Positions 45,614 to 55,975 of a DNA stretch of 64,000 nt are shown here, in pieces. Position numbers and translations under genes: made by a program. The stretch's first letter is position 1. The number at the start of each line of letters is the position of its first letter. The notes below the pieces were generated by a model. That model was given only the letters and a program-made list of their open reading frames with translations, was not told the DNA's origin and did no database searches. The DNA comes from Marinosulfonomonas sp. (GTDB taxonomy: Bacteria; Pseudomonadota; Alphaproteobacteria; Rhodobacterales; Rhodobacteraceae), in NCBI GenBank assembly GCA_030625325.1, contig DAOURA010000001.1, forward strand, positions 1,579 to 65,578, given 5' to 3'.

Positions 45614-46588
45614 ATGATGACCAAATCCATAGAATTCCACGACCGGCTGCTATCACTGGGGCTTGCCCGTGTTTCCGAGGCGGCCGCTATGGCCTCTGCC
45701 CAATTGGTGGGGCGCGGCGACGAAAAGGCGGCCGATCAGGCAGCTGTGAACGCCATGCGGGACCAGTTGAACATGCTGGACATCAAGGGTGTTGTGGTCA
45801 TCGGTGAAGGCGAACGTGACGAGGCCCCCATGCTGTTTATCGGCGAAGAGGTCGGAACCGGCAACGGCCCCGAGGTCGATATTGCCCTTGACCCGCTTGA
45901 AGGCACAACCCTGACAGCCAAGGACATGCCAAATGCCCTGACCGTCATCGCCATGGCACCGCGCGGCACCATGCTGCACGCCCCTGACGTTTACATGGAT
46001 AAGCTGGCCATTGGGCCGGGCTATCCAGAGGACGTGGTGTCCTTTGACATGGCCCCGGCCGAACGTGTGCGCGCCCTGGCAAATGCCCGCGGTTGTCAGG
46101 ATCGCGACATTACCGTTTGCATTCTGGAACGCCCCCGCCACGAAGACCTGATCGCCGAAGTGCGCGACACCGGTGCTGCGATCCGCCTGATCACCGACGG
46201 CGATGTGGCCGGTGTGATCCACTGCGCTGAGGCCGAAAAAACCGGTATTGATATGTATATGGGCTCAGGTGGTGCACCCGAAGGCGTTCTGGCCGCCGCA
46301 GCCCTGCGCTGTATGGGCGGGCAAATGTGGGGCCGCCTGATATTTCGCAATGACGACGAACGTGGCCGCGCGCGCAAGGCCGGGATCAGCGACTTTGACA
46401 GGGTCTATTCCCGCGATGATCTGGTAACGCAAGACGTTATCTTTGCCGCCACGGGCGTAACGGACGGTTCAATCGTGCGGGGCATTCGCCGCGAGCCGGG
46501 TTTTCTGGAAACCGAGACCATCCTGATGCGTTCCAAAACCGGGTCAGTGCGGCGCATGAGCTATCGCAATCCGGTCAGGCCTGAATGA
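45614..46588 (+). CDS. glpX: class II fructose-1,6-bisphosphatase
   Basis: LGLARVSEAAAMASAQLVGRGDEKAADQAAV and VVIGEGERDEAPML are GlpX blocks. The start was moved to the ATG at 45614. Confidence 0.92.
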   Translation: MMTKSIEFHDRLLSLGLARVSEAAAMASAQLVGRGDEKAADQAAVNAMRDQLNMLDIKGVVVIGEGERDEAPMLFIGEEVGTGNGPEVDIALDPLEGTTLTAKDMPNALTVIAMAPRGTMLHAPDVYMDKLAIGPGYPEDVVSFDMAPAERVRALANARGCQDRDITVCILERPRHEDLIAEVRDTGAAIRLITDGDVAGVIHCAEAEKTGIDMYMGSGGAPEGVLAAAALRCMGGQMWGRLIFRNDDERGRARKAGISDFDRVYSRDDLVTQDVIFAATGVTDGSIVRGIRREPGFLETETILMRSKTGSVRRMSYRNPVRPE

Positions 46589-48339
46589 ACCAACGGGCCT
46601 TTCTTGATGTCAAAACATCCCTGAGCGGGCGGCGCTGGGTCGGCCCCACCCCCGAGGCCACCCGCCAGTGCGAAGCGATGGAACAGGCAACCAACCTGCC
46701 TGTTCCCCTGTGCCACACATTGGTGCGTCAGGGCGTGTCACCGCAGGATGCACAACCATACCTGTCACCGTCCCTGCGCGATTTACTGCCAGACCCAACA
46801 AAGCTGTTGGATATGGGGCCAGCCGCAGAGCGGTTTCTGGCCGCCTTTAAGGCCCGTGAAAAAATTGCAATCTTTGCTGATTATGATGTGGATGGCGCCA
46901 CATCGGCGGCCCTGATCCTGAATTGGCTGGGGGCAATGGGGCACCGGGCCACCCTTTATGTGCCGGACCGGATCAAAGAAGGCTACGGTCCGAACGATCG
47001 CGCCATGTTTGAACTGGCCAAAGACCACGACCTGATTATCACGGTGGATTGCGGCGCCCTGTCCCATGGGCCAATTGCGGCGGCCAAGGGCGCAGATGTG
47101 ATTGTGCTGGATCACCACCTTGGCGGTGAAACCCTGCCCCCGGCCCACGCGGTGGTAAACCCCAACCGTCAGGACGAAAGTGGCGAACTGGCCCACCTGT
47201 GCGCCGCCGGTGTGGTGTTTTTGTTTCTGGTAGAGGCAAACCGCCGCCTGCGTGCCGATAAAATCAGTGGCCCCGACCTGATGGGCTATCTTGATCTGGT
47301 GGGCCTTGCCACGGTGGCCGATGTGGCCCCCCTTATCGGGGTAAACCGGGCCTTTGTGCGTCAGGGCCTGAAAGTCATGGCAAACCGCCAGCGCCCCGGT
47401 CTGGTGGCACTGGGGGATATTGCGAAACTGGACACGGCCCCCACAGCCTATCATCTGGGCTTCGTTCTGGGGCCACGGATCAATGCAGGCGGGCGGGTTG
47501 GCCGGGCTGATCTGGGCGCGCGCCTTTTGGCCACAGGCGACAAGAATGAAGCAGAATCAATCGCCGCCAAGCTGGAGCAGCTAAACGCTGAGCGGCGCGA
47601 AATTGAAAGTGCAGTACAAGGCGCGGCACTGGAACAGGCCGAAGAACGGGGCTTTGACGCGCCACTGGTCTGGGCGGCGGGGGAAGGCTGGCACCCCGGC
47701 GTGGTGGGCATCGTTGCCTCACGCCTGAAGGAACTGACCAACCGCCCAGCACTGGTGATCGGGCTGGACGGCGACGAAGGCAAGGGATCAGGGCGTTCCG
47801 TATCAGGCATTGATCTGGGGGCCGCGATCCAACGCCTGACATCCGAAGGATTACTGCTAAAGGGCGGCGGGCACAAAATGGCCGCCGGGCTAAGTGTGGC
47901 GCGCGATCAGTTGGAACCGGCAATGGCGCGACTGGCGGAATTGCTGCAAAAACAGGGGGCCGGTGATCTGGGGCCACGCGATTTGCGCCTTGATGGCGTG
48001 CTGATGTCGGGCGCGGCCAGTGTGGAACTGGTGCAGCAAATCGAACAGGCTGGCCCCTTTGGTGCCGGTGCCCCTGCCCCCAGATTTGCATTCCCCGATC
48101 AGGAAATCCGGTTTTGCAAACGGGTTGGCGCGTCCCACCTAAAGCTAAGCTTTGCCGACGGTCCGGGGGCGGTAATCGACGCAATCTGCTTTGGGGCCTA
48201 TGACGGGCCACTGGGGGGAATGATTGAAAATCACGGCGGCAAACGCTTTCATCTGGCTGGCCGCTTAGAAATTAACACATGGGGTGGGCGCAGCCGGGTT
48301 CAGCTGCGTCTGGAAGACGCCGCACCTGCCAGTGAATAA
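46585..48339 (+). CDS. recJ: single-stranded-DNA-specific exonuclease RecJ
   Basis: DHH motifs (IFADYDVDGATS, DHH at VLDHHL) and DHHA1 (GGGHKMAAG) are present. Length is 584 aa. Confidence 0.93.
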   Translation: MNQRAFLDVKTSLSGRRWVGPTPEATRQCEAMEQATNLPVPLCHTLVRQGVSPQDAQPYLSPSLRDLLPDPTKLLDMGPAAERFLAAFKAREKIAIFADYDVDGATSAALILNWLGAMGHRATLYVPDRIKEGYGPNDRAMFELAKDHDLIITVDCGALSHGPIAAAKGADVIVLDHHLGGETLPPAHAVVNPNRQDESGELAHLCAAGVVFLFLVEANRRLRADKISGPDLMGYLDLVGLATVADVAPLIGVNRAFVRQGLKVMANRQRPGLVALGDIAKLDTAPTAYHLGFVLGPRINAGGRVGRADLGARLLATGDKNEAESIAAKLEQLNAERREIESAVQGAALEQAEERGFDAPLVWAAGEGWHPGVVGIVASRLKELTNRPALVIGLDGDEGKGSGRSVSGIDLGAAIQRLTSEGLLLKGGGHKMAAGLSVARDQLEPAMARLAELLQKQGAGDLGPRDLRLDGVLMSGAASVELVQQIEQAGPFGAGAPAPRFAFPDQEIRFCKRVGASHLKLSFADGPGAVIDAICFGAYDGPLGGMIENHGGKRFHLAGRLEINTWGGRSRVQLRLEDAAPASE

Positions 48340-48411
48340 ATAGCGCCGGGGGCGAAATTTTCCCTTGCCCTTCACGCAGGCTTTGCCTAAATAACGGCGC
48401 ACGTCAGAAGT

Positions 48412-48486
48412 GGCCCGTTCGTCTATCGGTTAGGACATCTGGTTTTCAACCAGGAAAGAGGGGTTCAACTCCCCTACGGGCTACCA
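48412..48486 (+). tRNA. tRNA-Glu (anticodon UUC)
   Basis: GGCCCGTTCGTCTATCGGTTAGGACATCTGGTTTTCAACCAGGAAAGAGGGGTTCAACTCCCCTACGGGCTACCA folds as a 75-nt cloverleaf with anticodon loop TTTTCAA and an encoded CCA. Confidence 0.9.
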
Positions 48487-48540
48487 CTGACCCCACCCCT
48501 TCAGAGACAAATTGTTAGTGGTGCCATTAGTGGCGTCATT

Positions 48541-49374
48541 TCAAAGACATGCACGCCGGGGCTCAGGCATGAGGCCGTAAACTGGCAAGACAAACGGGCC
48601 ATTTTGGCGCCGCGTCTCAGAACCGATTTTTCGTATTACCCGTTTGGGTTTTATGATGTCAGGTCTGGCTGAAAAGCACGGCCCGTTCGGGCCGCCTGAG
48701 TTGCCCCTGCCCCGTTGTTGCGCGTGGCCCCGCTGCATCAGGTCCTGAATGCGCTGCCAGTGAACCGGCGCGATAATCGCCTGATGTTGCCCCGCATAGA
48801 TCGCGCCCTTATGGACGATGCGCCCGGCATAAAGCGGATTGCTCAGGATCTTGTGGATATGACCGCGTGACAAATGCCGCCCACCCTGATCGCGGTCGCT
48901 TTTGGTGACGTAGCGTTTGGATCGTAGGCCAAGGCGATCCGCTTCCTTTGCCACAGCGTTCACCGCTCTATGTTTCTCATATAGATCAAAAAGCCTGCGC
49001 ACTGTTTTTGACTCGCCTTCATTGATGGTCAGCGTGCGCCCGGCCGCATCATAACCCAGCGGCACATAGCCACCCATCCAAAGACCTTTCTTCTTTGAAG
49101 CGGCAATCTTGTCGCGGATACGTTCCGCCGTCACTTCACGCTCAAACTGGGCAAAAGAAAGAAGCACGTTCAGTGTCAGGCGGCCCATGCTGGTGGCTGC
49201 ACTAAACGACTGTGTCACCGAGACAAATGAGGCGTTTGCGGCATCAAGCCAATCCACCAGCCTGGCAAAGTCCGCCAGTGATCGCGTCAGCCGGTCGATC
49301 TTGTAGACCACGATCTGATCAACCCGGTTTTCATCGATGTCACGCATCAGGCGTTGCAGGGCGGGCCGGTCCAT
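48541..49374 (-). pseudogene. large serine recombinase, truncated at both ends
   Basis: The sequence starts mid-domain at RPALQRLMRDIDENRVDQIVVYKIDRLTRS, so the N-terminal ~60 aa with the catalytic Ser are absent. The recombinase domain (YVPLGYD...) is present, but the zinc-ribbon/coiled-coil C-terminus is replaced by unrelated sequence. Confidence 0.68.
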
Positions 49375-49780
49375 ATGCCCGCCGGATAATCACGCAAGGT
49401 ATTGATCCATTGCTGGCCGTGCTTGGCGTTTTTCCATGTCGGCAGACGATCAATGTGGACCTGTTGGGCGATTTCTTCGAATGTCGGGATATCTTGTCTG
49501 GCGTTCAAACGCGGGTTCAGCCCCTGCCGCGCCATACGGCGGTATTCCAGCGCCCTGTCGCGGGCTTGGGGCAGTGTGACCAGATCGGCACCGCCCAGCC
49601 CGAAATCGGTCCGCAGCGGCGCGCCTTACGGTTTTTCTATCCCTTTACGGTAACGCGCACAATCCAGCGGCGCGCACCAGACGGGTCAACCACCAGATAA
49701 AGACCACCTCCATCGCCGTGGCGACCGGGGCCAAGGTTTTCCACCAGCTTTTTTGTTAGCTTCCCAGACAAGTAGGCCAT
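49375..49780 (-). pseudogene. tyrosine integrase (P4-like N-terminal region only), disrupted
   Basis: My own translation from the ATG (complement of 49778-49780) gives MAYLSGKLTKKLVENLGPGRHGDGGGLYLVVDPSGARRWIVRVTVKG followed by a stop. After a frameshift it reads ...DFGLGGADLVTLPQARDRALEYRRMARQGLNPRLNARQDIPTFEEIAQQV..WKNAKHGQQWINTLRDY and then breaks off. The catalytic domain is missing. Confidence 0.65.
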
Positions 49781-49930
49781 TTATAAAATATCACCATCCA
49801 TACCACGCAAGGAAAGCATACAGGAGAAATTGAAAGAAAGTGAATGCTGCGATAAATGGAAAGTGACCCAATAAAATAAGGGCAACCTGAGGGTGAATGT
49901 AATTCAATGAAAGTGGGGGAAAGAGGTGGG

Positions 49931-50020
49931 TGGCGGAGACGAAGGGATTCGAACCCTCGAACGAGTTTCCCCGTTACTCCCTTAGCAGGGGAGCGCCTTC
50001 GACCACTCGGCCACGTCTCC
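49931..50020 (-). tRNA. tRNA-Ser (anticodon GCU)
   Basis: The reverse complement GGAGACGTGGCCGAGTGGTCGAAGGCGCTCCCCTGCTAAGGGAGTAACGGGGAAACTCGTTCGAGGGTTCGAATCCCTTCGTCTCCGCCA is 90 nt, with a long variable arm and anticodon loop CTGCTAA. Confidence 0.9.
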
Positions 50021-50129
50021 GTCGACCCGTTTAGCGGCAGGTGAACGTAGGGACAAGATGTTTTTTGCGAATTTTTCACCAGCCCGAAAAATAGACGTCA
50101 GGCCCATCAATCATGGGTTTGGTTTTGCC

Positions 50130-51227
50130 CTAACCGTTATGCAGGAAATGCATCACGTCGCCGTCCTGCACCACATAGGTCTTGCCCTCTGCGCGCATTT
50201 TTCCGGCCTCTTTCGCCGGGATTTCACCGCCAAGGGATACAAAATCGTCATAGGCAATGGTTTCGGCGCGGATAAAGCCGCGTTCAAAATCACCGTGAAT
50301 AACACCGGCGGCGGCGGGTGCGGCGGTTCCGGCGCGGATGGTCCAGGCGCGGGCTTCTTGTGGGCCAACGGTGAAATAGGTTTGCAGGTTCAGCAGGCCA
50401 TAGCCCGCCCGGATCAGGCGGTCCAAGCCGGCCTCATGCAGGCCCATTTCTTCCAGAAACATCATCGCTTCTTCGGCGTCCAGCTGGCTGATTTCTTCTT
50501 CGATCTGCGCCGAAATCACCACTGCTGCGGCCCCCTGTTCGGCGGCCAGTTCGGCCATTTTGGCCGAATAGGCATTGCCGTTGGCGGCGTCGTCTTCGCC
50601 CACGTTACACACATAAAGGATAGGCTTGCTGGTTAGCAATTGCAGCAGCCCCCAGGCCTTTTCGTCATCTTCATCCACGTCAACCGTGCGGGCCATCTGA
50701 CCGTCTTCCAGTGCCGCCAGCGCCGCTTCTAACAGGCGCTGTTGCTGCACGGCCTCTTTGTCACCACCGCGCACTTTGCGCTCAAGACCCTTCAGACGCT
50801 TTTCAACCGATTCCATATCGGCCAGCATCAGTTCGGTTTCGATGATCTGCGCATCCGCCACCGGATCAACGCGCCCTTCAACATGGGTCACGTCGCCATC
50901 TTCGAAACAGCGCACCACATGGGCAATGGCATCACATTCCCGGATCGTCGCCAGAAACTGGTTGCCCAGCCCTTCGCCCTTTGATGCGCCTTTGACCAGA
51001 CCGGCAATATCAACAAACGTCATTTGGGTCGGAATGATCTTTTTAGAGCTGGCAATCGCCGCCAACTTGTCAATGCGCGCATCCGGCACCGCCACTGCCC
51101 CAACGTTTGGTTCAATGGTACAAAACGGAAAATTCGCCGCCTGTGCGCTGGCGGTTTTGGTCAGTGCGTTAAACAGTGTTGACTTGCCAACATTTGGCAG
51201 GCCCACGATCCCGGTCTTAAAGCCCAT
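50130..51227 (-). CDS. ychF: redox-regulated ribosome-binding ATPase YchF
   Basis: MGFKTGIVGLPNVGKSTLFNALT is the P-loop. A TGS-like C-terminus is present. The start was moved to 51227. Confidence 0.93.
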   Translation of the reverse strand: MGFKTGIVGLPNVGKSTLFNALTKTASAQAANFPFCTIEPNVGAVAVPDARIDKLAAIASSKKIIPTQMTFVDIAGLVKGASKGEGLGNQFLATIRECDAIAHVVRCFEDGDVTHVEGRVDPVADAQIIETELMLADMESVEKRLKGLERKVRGGDKEAVQQQRLLEAALAALEDGQMARTVDVDEDDEKAWGLLQLLTSKPILYVCNVGEDDAANGNAYSAKMAELAAEQGAAAVVISAQIEEEISQLDAEEAMMFLEEMGLHEAGLDRLIRAGYGLLNLQTYFTVGPQEARAWTIRAGTAAPAAAGVIHGDFERGFIRAETIAYDDFVSLGGEIPAKEAGKMRAEGKTYVVQDGDVMHFLHNG

Positions 51228-51345
51228 ATTGGCCACCTCTTTAAAATCTTGCCGCATCTAGGGCAGGCCACGCCCCAAGGTCAAGCCGGGCATTGCCATT
51301 AGGCGCAATACGCGCGAAACCGGGGCACGATAAGAAAGGACGCCC

Positions 51346-52137
51346 ATGACCCGTATTGACCGGAAATTTGCACAGCTGAACGCCCAGGGGCGCAAGGCCT
51401 TTGTCACCTATATCATGGCCGGGGACCCGGATTTTGAAACCTCTCTTGAAATTGTCAGGGGGCTGCCGGCCGCCGGGGTCGATATTATTGAACTGGGTCT
51501 GCCCTTTACCGACCCAATGGCCGATGGCAAAACGATCCAGCTGGCCGGACAACGGGCACTGGCCGCGGGCATGACCCTGCAAAGAACACTGGATCTTGCG
51601 GCTGAATTTCGCAAAACCGACGATACCACGCCGATCGTGCTGATGGGCTATTACAATCCGATCCATTCGCGCGGCGTTGACAGTTTTCTGGCGGCGGCAA
51701 AGCAGGCCGGGGTTGACGGGCTGATCATCGTTGACCTGCCCCCCGAAGAAGACGGCGAACTGTGCATTCCTGCCCAAAAGGCCGGGATCAATTTCATTCG
51801 CCTTGCCACGCCGACCACCGACGAACAACGCCTGCCCAAGGTTTTGCAAAACACCTCTGGTTTTGTTTATTACGTGTCGATCAATGGCATCACCGGCGCG
51901 GCCGAAGCACAGGCAGGTTCCGTTGCCCCGGAAGTGGCGCGCATTAAGGCCGGCACAGACCTGCCGGTTATCGTTGGCTTTGGGATCAAGGCACCGCAAA
52001 ACGCCCAGGACATTGCCGGTATCGCCGACGGCTGTGTTGTTGGCTCTGCCATCATTGATAAAATCGCTCAGGGGCAAAACCCAGACCAGGTTCTGGATTT
52101 TGTGAAATCCCTGGCCGATGGTGCCCACCGGGCCTGA
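51346..52137 (+). CDS. trpA: tryptophan synthase alpha chain
   Basis: [18 protein letters not shown] and [13 protein letters not shown] are TrpA blocks. Length is 263 aa. Confidence 0.93.
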   Translation: MTRIDRKFAQLNAQGRKAFVTYIMAGDPDFETSLEIVRGLPAAGVDIIELGLPFTDPMADGKTIQLAGQRALAAGMTLQRTLDLAAEFRKTDDTTPIVLMGYYNPIHSRGVDSFLAAAKQAGVDGLIIVDLPPEEDGELCIPAQKAGINFIRLATPTTDEQRLPKVLQNTSGFVYYVSINGITGAAEAQAGSVAPEVARIKAGTDLPVIVGFGIKAPQNAQDIAGIADGCVVGSAIIDKIAQGQNPDQVLDFVKSLADGAHRA

Positions 52138-52266
52138 TTACCTGACAAGCACATTGTTGATATGTATGCAGGCCGGTTGATACAATCTGACCAATTGCGC
52201 CAAACCAGAAACATGTTATCGGTAAATAATTATGACCATTAAAGCCATCGCTGAACGGAACCAACC

Positions 52267-53430
52267 ATGCCGATCATCACCAATATTGACGACCTGAAAC
52301 GCATCTATAAACGCCGGGTGCCCAAGATGTTTTACGACTACTGCGAAAGCGGAAGTTGGTCCGAACAAACCTTTCGTGAAAATGTCTCCGACTTTCAGGA
52401 CCTGCACCTGCGCCAGCGGGTCGCGGTTGACCTAAGCGAACGCACAACCGCCAGCCAGATGATTGGCCAGGACGTAACCATGCCCGTGGCCCTGGCCCCC
52501 GTGGGTCTGACCGGAATGCAAAGTGCGGACGGAGAAATAAAAGCCGCCCGCGCCGCCGAAAAATTTGGCGTGCCATCAACCCTGTCAACCATGTCGATCT
52601 GTTCACTCGAAGACGTGGCAGAGGCCACAACCAAACCGTTCTGGTTTCAGCTATACGTGATGCGCGATCAGGATTTCGTGGCCGATATCATTCAGCGCGC
52701 AAAGGACGTGAAATGTTCCGCGCTGGTGCTGACCCTTGATTTGCAAATTCTGGGCCAACGTCACAAAGACCTGAAAAATGGCCTGTCCACGCCACCCAAA
52801 CTAACCATTCCCACACTGATCGACCTGTCAACAAAATGGGCGTGGGGTTTGCAAATGCTGGGCACCAAACGCAAAGGTTTTGGTAATATTGTGGGCCACG
52901 CCAAGGGCGTAACCGACACCGGTTCCCTGATGGAATGGACCGCCGCCCAGTTTGACCCGCAACTGGACTGGAAAAAGGTCGAGCAGATCAAGAAAATGTG
53001 GGACGGGCCACTGATCCTGAAAGGGATCAATGATGTGGAAGACGCCAAAATGGCCGTTAAAATTGGGGCGGACGCAATAATTGTCTCCAACCATGGCGGT
53101 CGGCAACTGGACGGGGCGCTGTCGTCCATTCGGGCGCTTCCGGCAATTGTCGAAGCGGTCGGCGACAAGATCGAAGTCCACTTTGATGGCGGCATCAGAT
53201 CAGGTCAGGACGTACTAAAGGCGCTGGCACTGGGGGCAAAGGGCACCTATATCGGGCGCGCGTTTATTTACGGCCTTGGCGCAATGGGCGAACAGGGCGT
53301 CACCAAAGCACTGGAAGTGATCCACAATGAACTGGACCTGTCGGCGGCCTTTTGCGGGCATAGGGATATCAACACCGTTGACCGTGATATCCTGTTGATC
53401 CCTAAGGGCTTTGAAGGCGATTGGGTCTAG
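52267..53430 (+). CDS. FMN-dependent alpha-hydroxy-acid dehydrogenase (L-lactate dehydrogenase-like)
   Basis: The blocks PKMFYDYCESGSW, SNHGGRQLD and DGGIRSGQDVLKALALGA belong to the LldD/glycolate oxidase family. Confidence 0.88.
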   Translation: MPIITNIDDLKRIYKRRVPKMFYDYCESGSWSEQTFRENVSDFQDLHLRQRVAVDLSERTTASQMIGQDVTMPVALAPVGLTGMQSADGEIKAARAAEKFGVPSTLSTMSICSLEDVAEATTKPFWFQLYVMRDQDFVADIIQRAKDVKCSALVLTLDLQILGQRHKDLKNGLSTPPKLTIPTLIDLSTKWAWGLQMLGTKRKGFGNIVGHAKGVTDTGSLMEWTAAQFDPQLDWKKVEQIKKMWDGPLILKGINDVEDAKMAVKIGADAIIVSNHGGRQLDGALSSIRALPAIVEAVGDKIEVHFDGGIRSGQDVLKALALGAKGTYIGRAFIYGLGAMGEQGVTKALEVIHNELDLSAAFCGHRDINTVDRDILLIPKGFEGDWV

Positions 53431-54605
53431 ACGCCCCGCAACCTGCGGATCGCACTGATCAGGGGCAGTTCAAGCAACAGCATCAGCGCAACACAGGCAA
53501 AGGCCACCCGCAGCCCAAAAGCCTGTGACAACACCCCCATCAGAACCGGGGCCACAAAAAACCCGGCGAACCCGATTACGGTCACCTGTGATATGGCCTG
53601 CACCCGCAATTCGGGGCGCACCATCTGGCCAACCATGGCAATCCCAACCGGGCCAATCACCGAAATCCCCAACCCCAGAACGCCAAACCCCAGATAGGCC
53701 AGTGCCGGAACCGGGGCAACCGCCGCGATCAAAGCCCCCAGAACCGATAACAACGTTGCCCAGAAAATTAACGTTATCTGACCCAGTTTTTCGGTGATGA
53801 TCTGGCCGCCAAACCGCCCCACCGCCATTGTCAGCCCCAGCACCGCAGGCCCGGTTGCCCCCTGCGCAGCACCGCCCGCCAGTGTGCGTTCGATATGCAG
53901 GGCAGACCAGATTTCCACTGTTGCCTCTGACATAAAGGCAATCAGAACCACCCCGCCGCACAATAATACCGGGATCAGGGCACTACCCTGCCCGCCGCCC
54001 GTTTCGGGGGCAAATTTCACGCCGTCTTGACGGGCAAACAGGGCCAGGGCCGCACCGATCACCATTGCCCCACCGAAAACCACCACCGGGGTCAGCCCGC
54101 CTTCGCGCGTAAACCCCGACGCCAGTGCCGCCAGCGCATAGCCGGCTGAAAACATCCCGTGGTTGGCATTCATCATCGGGTGTTTGTGGGTGGCTTCCAA
54201 TTCACTAACGCGGGCATTCATCACCACGTCCAGAACCCCGGACGCCGCCCCCACCAGCACCAAAGAAATGGCAAATGTCACCGCCCCGCTGGCCAGTGCC
54301 GGCAACATAAACGACGCAATAAACAGAAAACTGGCCGCCTGCAGGCTGGCGCGGCCCATCAGTCGGTCAAAACGTGGTGCCAGCCACATCGCACTGGTCA
54401 GGCCAACCCCGGTGCCCAGCAACAGCAAACCAAACAGGGCGTCGTCCACACCGACCTGCGCCTTTAACACCGGCACATGGGCCGCAAACATTCCCCAATA
54501 AATACCAACAATCGCAAAGGCCACAGCCGGGCGTCTGGATATTTTCAGGGCGTTCACGATACTCATCAAACCCGATTGCCACGGCGACCGGTTTGCAGCA
54601 AGCAA
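53427..54605 (-). CDS. MFS transporter
   Basis: The protein has about 12 predicted TM helices and Gly/Ala-rich MFS-like repeats. The start may be the internal ATG near 54566. Confidence 0.78.
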   Translation of the reverse strand: MLAANRSPWQSGLMSIVNALKISRRPAVAFAIVGIYWGMFAAHVPVLKAQVGVDDALFGLLLLGTGVGLTSAMWLAPRFDRLMGRASLQAASFLFIASFMLPALASGAVTFAISLVLVGAASGVLDVVMNARVSELEATHKHPMMNANHGMFSAGYALAALASGFTREGGLTPVVVFGGAMVIGAALALFARQDGVKFAPETGGGQGSALIPVLLCGGVVLIAFMSEATVEIWSALHIERTLAGGAAQGATGPAVLGLTMAVGRFGGQIITEKLGQITLIFWATLLSVLGALIAAVAPVPALAYLGFGVLGLGISVIGPVGIAMVGQMVRPELRVQAISQVTVIGFAGFFVAPVLMGVLSQAFGLRVAFACVALMLLLELPLISAIRRLRGV

Positions 54606-54711
54606 ATTGCACCATTGGCCCCCTTCCCAAAGACCGGCGACTCGTCTATACGCGCGTCTTCACGCGGGCATACACCCTTGGAGGATCCCGCATAACACTA
54701 GGAGAATAACT

Positions 54712-55368
54712 ATGGCTGGCAAGATCCCAGATCTTAACGCCGAGGTACGTACGGGGACAGGCAAGGGGGCCGCCCGTCAAGCACGCCGTGCAGGAAATGT
54801 ACCAGGCATCGTATATGGCGGCGGTATTGACCCGCTTGCGATCAATATCCCTTTTAATGCATTGCTCAAGCGCCTTAAGGCTGGCCGCTTTTTGGTAACG
54901 CTGTTCAACCTGAAGGTTGAAGGTCACGACGACGTGCGCGTTATCTGCCGCAACGTACAGCGTGACGTTGTGCGCGACCTGCCAACGCACCTTGACCTGA
55001 TGCGCCTGAAACGCACCACCAAGATCGCCCTGTTCATCCCGGTTGAATTTATCAACGAAGAAGAATGCCCCGGCCTGAAAAAAGGCGGCGTTCTGACCGT
55101 TGTACGTGGTGAAGTCGAACTGGTCGTAACCGCCGGTGACATCCCGGAAAAGCTGGTTGTTGATCTGATCGACAAAGATGTTGGCGATGTTTGCCACATC
55201 TCAGAAGTTGACCTGCCAGAAGGCAGCAAAGCCACGATCGACCGTGACTTTGTGATCGCCAACATCTCTGCCCCATCCGCCCTTCGTTCAGAAGGCGATG
55301 ATGAGGATGAAACAGAAGAAGGCGAAGCAACTGAAGGCGAAGCAACTGAAGAAGCCAGCGAAGAATAA
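54712..55368 (+). CDS. rplY: 50S ribosomal protein L25 / general stress protein Ctc
   Basis: The sequence [25 protein letters not shown] is followed by an acidic C-terminal tail. AGGAG lies 6 nt upstream of the ATG at 54712. Confidence 0.92.
   Translation: MAGKIPDLNAEVRTGTGKGAARQARRAGNVPGIVYGGGIDPLAINIPFNALLKRLKAGRFLVTLFNLKVEGHDDVRVICRNVQRDVVRDLPTHLDLMRLKRTTKIALFIPVEFINEEECPGLKKGGVLTVVRGEVELVVTAGDIPEKLVVDLIDKDVGDVCHISEVDLPEGSKATIDRDFVIANISAPSALRSEGDDEDETEEGEATEGEATEEASEE
55318..55347 (+). repeat. perfect 15-bp x2 in-frame tandem duplication in the rplY acidic tail
   Basis: GAAGGCGAAGCAACT is repeated twice, at 55318-55332 and 55333-55347, and encodes [10 protein letters not shown]. Confidence 0.9.
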
Positions 55369-55397
55369 TCCTTCCTGCAACTTCAAGGTAATATTAA

Positions 55398-55427
55398 CGC
55401 GGGGCCCTCGGGCCCCGTGTTTCGTTT
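55398..55427 (+). terminator. rho-independent terminator of rplY
   Basis: The stem CGCGGGGCC / GGCCCCGTG surrounds a 4-nt loop and is followed by TTTCGTTT. Confidence 0.7.
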
Positions 55428-55623
55428 GGGGGGGGATGTTTGCGTTATGTGGGCGAAGGGGACTTTCTCTGCGCTTGCACGATTGTTGCATTTCAAATGC
55501 ATAAGATGTGTAAAGTCTAATATTTCATCTGTAGTAATTCCGACTTGATCTGACAGTTGGCGGTTTTTCTGGCGACATCGGTCAGGCCAAGTTTAGTTCA
55601 CGAACTTATCCTTCCAGATATCC

Positions 55624-55857
55624 TTGCCCTCAATCATGGTTTGGAACGGCGTTCTGCCGCAACATCTTTTACCTTATTATAATACAACCCGGCCGCAGTC
55701 AGCACTGGGATATGAACCGCCCAAAGCATTTACCAAGCGCCTAGTTTCCGCAACCGACTGCCACGCTGCGCCACTTACAAGCTTCGCGCAGCATTCGATT
55801 GCTAGCCCCGCGCCCAAGGGCGTATCAACAGGAAAGGCTCTGGTTCAGGTCGGATGA
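55624..55857 (+). pseudogene. C-terminal remnant of an rve-type (IS3/IS481-like) transposase
   Basis: YYNTTRPQSALGYEPPKAF matches the conserved YN..RPHSALGY.TP..F end of DDE integrase-core transposases. There is no upstream catalytic region and no terminal inverted repeats were seen. Confidence 0.5.
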
Positions 55858-55893
55858 CAATTCAGGCGCAGGTCATCGCGAACCAAAAAATTC

Positions 55894-55942
55894 TTGACAC
55901 ACACATGATCCTATTCAAATACTGACTGATCAATCAGTTAGT
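55894..55942 (+). promoter_or_regulatory. candidate promoter plus TetR operator upstream of the TRAP-cluster regulator
   Basis: TTGACA lies at 55894-55899. The inverted repeat ACTGACTGAT-CA-ATCAGTTAGT (55921-55942, 1 mismatch in 10) ends 34 nt before the TetR ORF. Confidence 0.4.
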
Positions 55943-55975
55943 AATCTTGATGATATTCTGAATTCCATAGGAGGT

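Noticed and set aside
55318-55347. A perfect 15-bp tandem duplication that looked at first like the start of a repeat array.
   Set aside because: There are only two units. They are in frame inside the acidic tail of rplY ([10 protein letters not shown]). This is a replication-slippage duplication, not a CRISPR, VNTR array or regulatory element.
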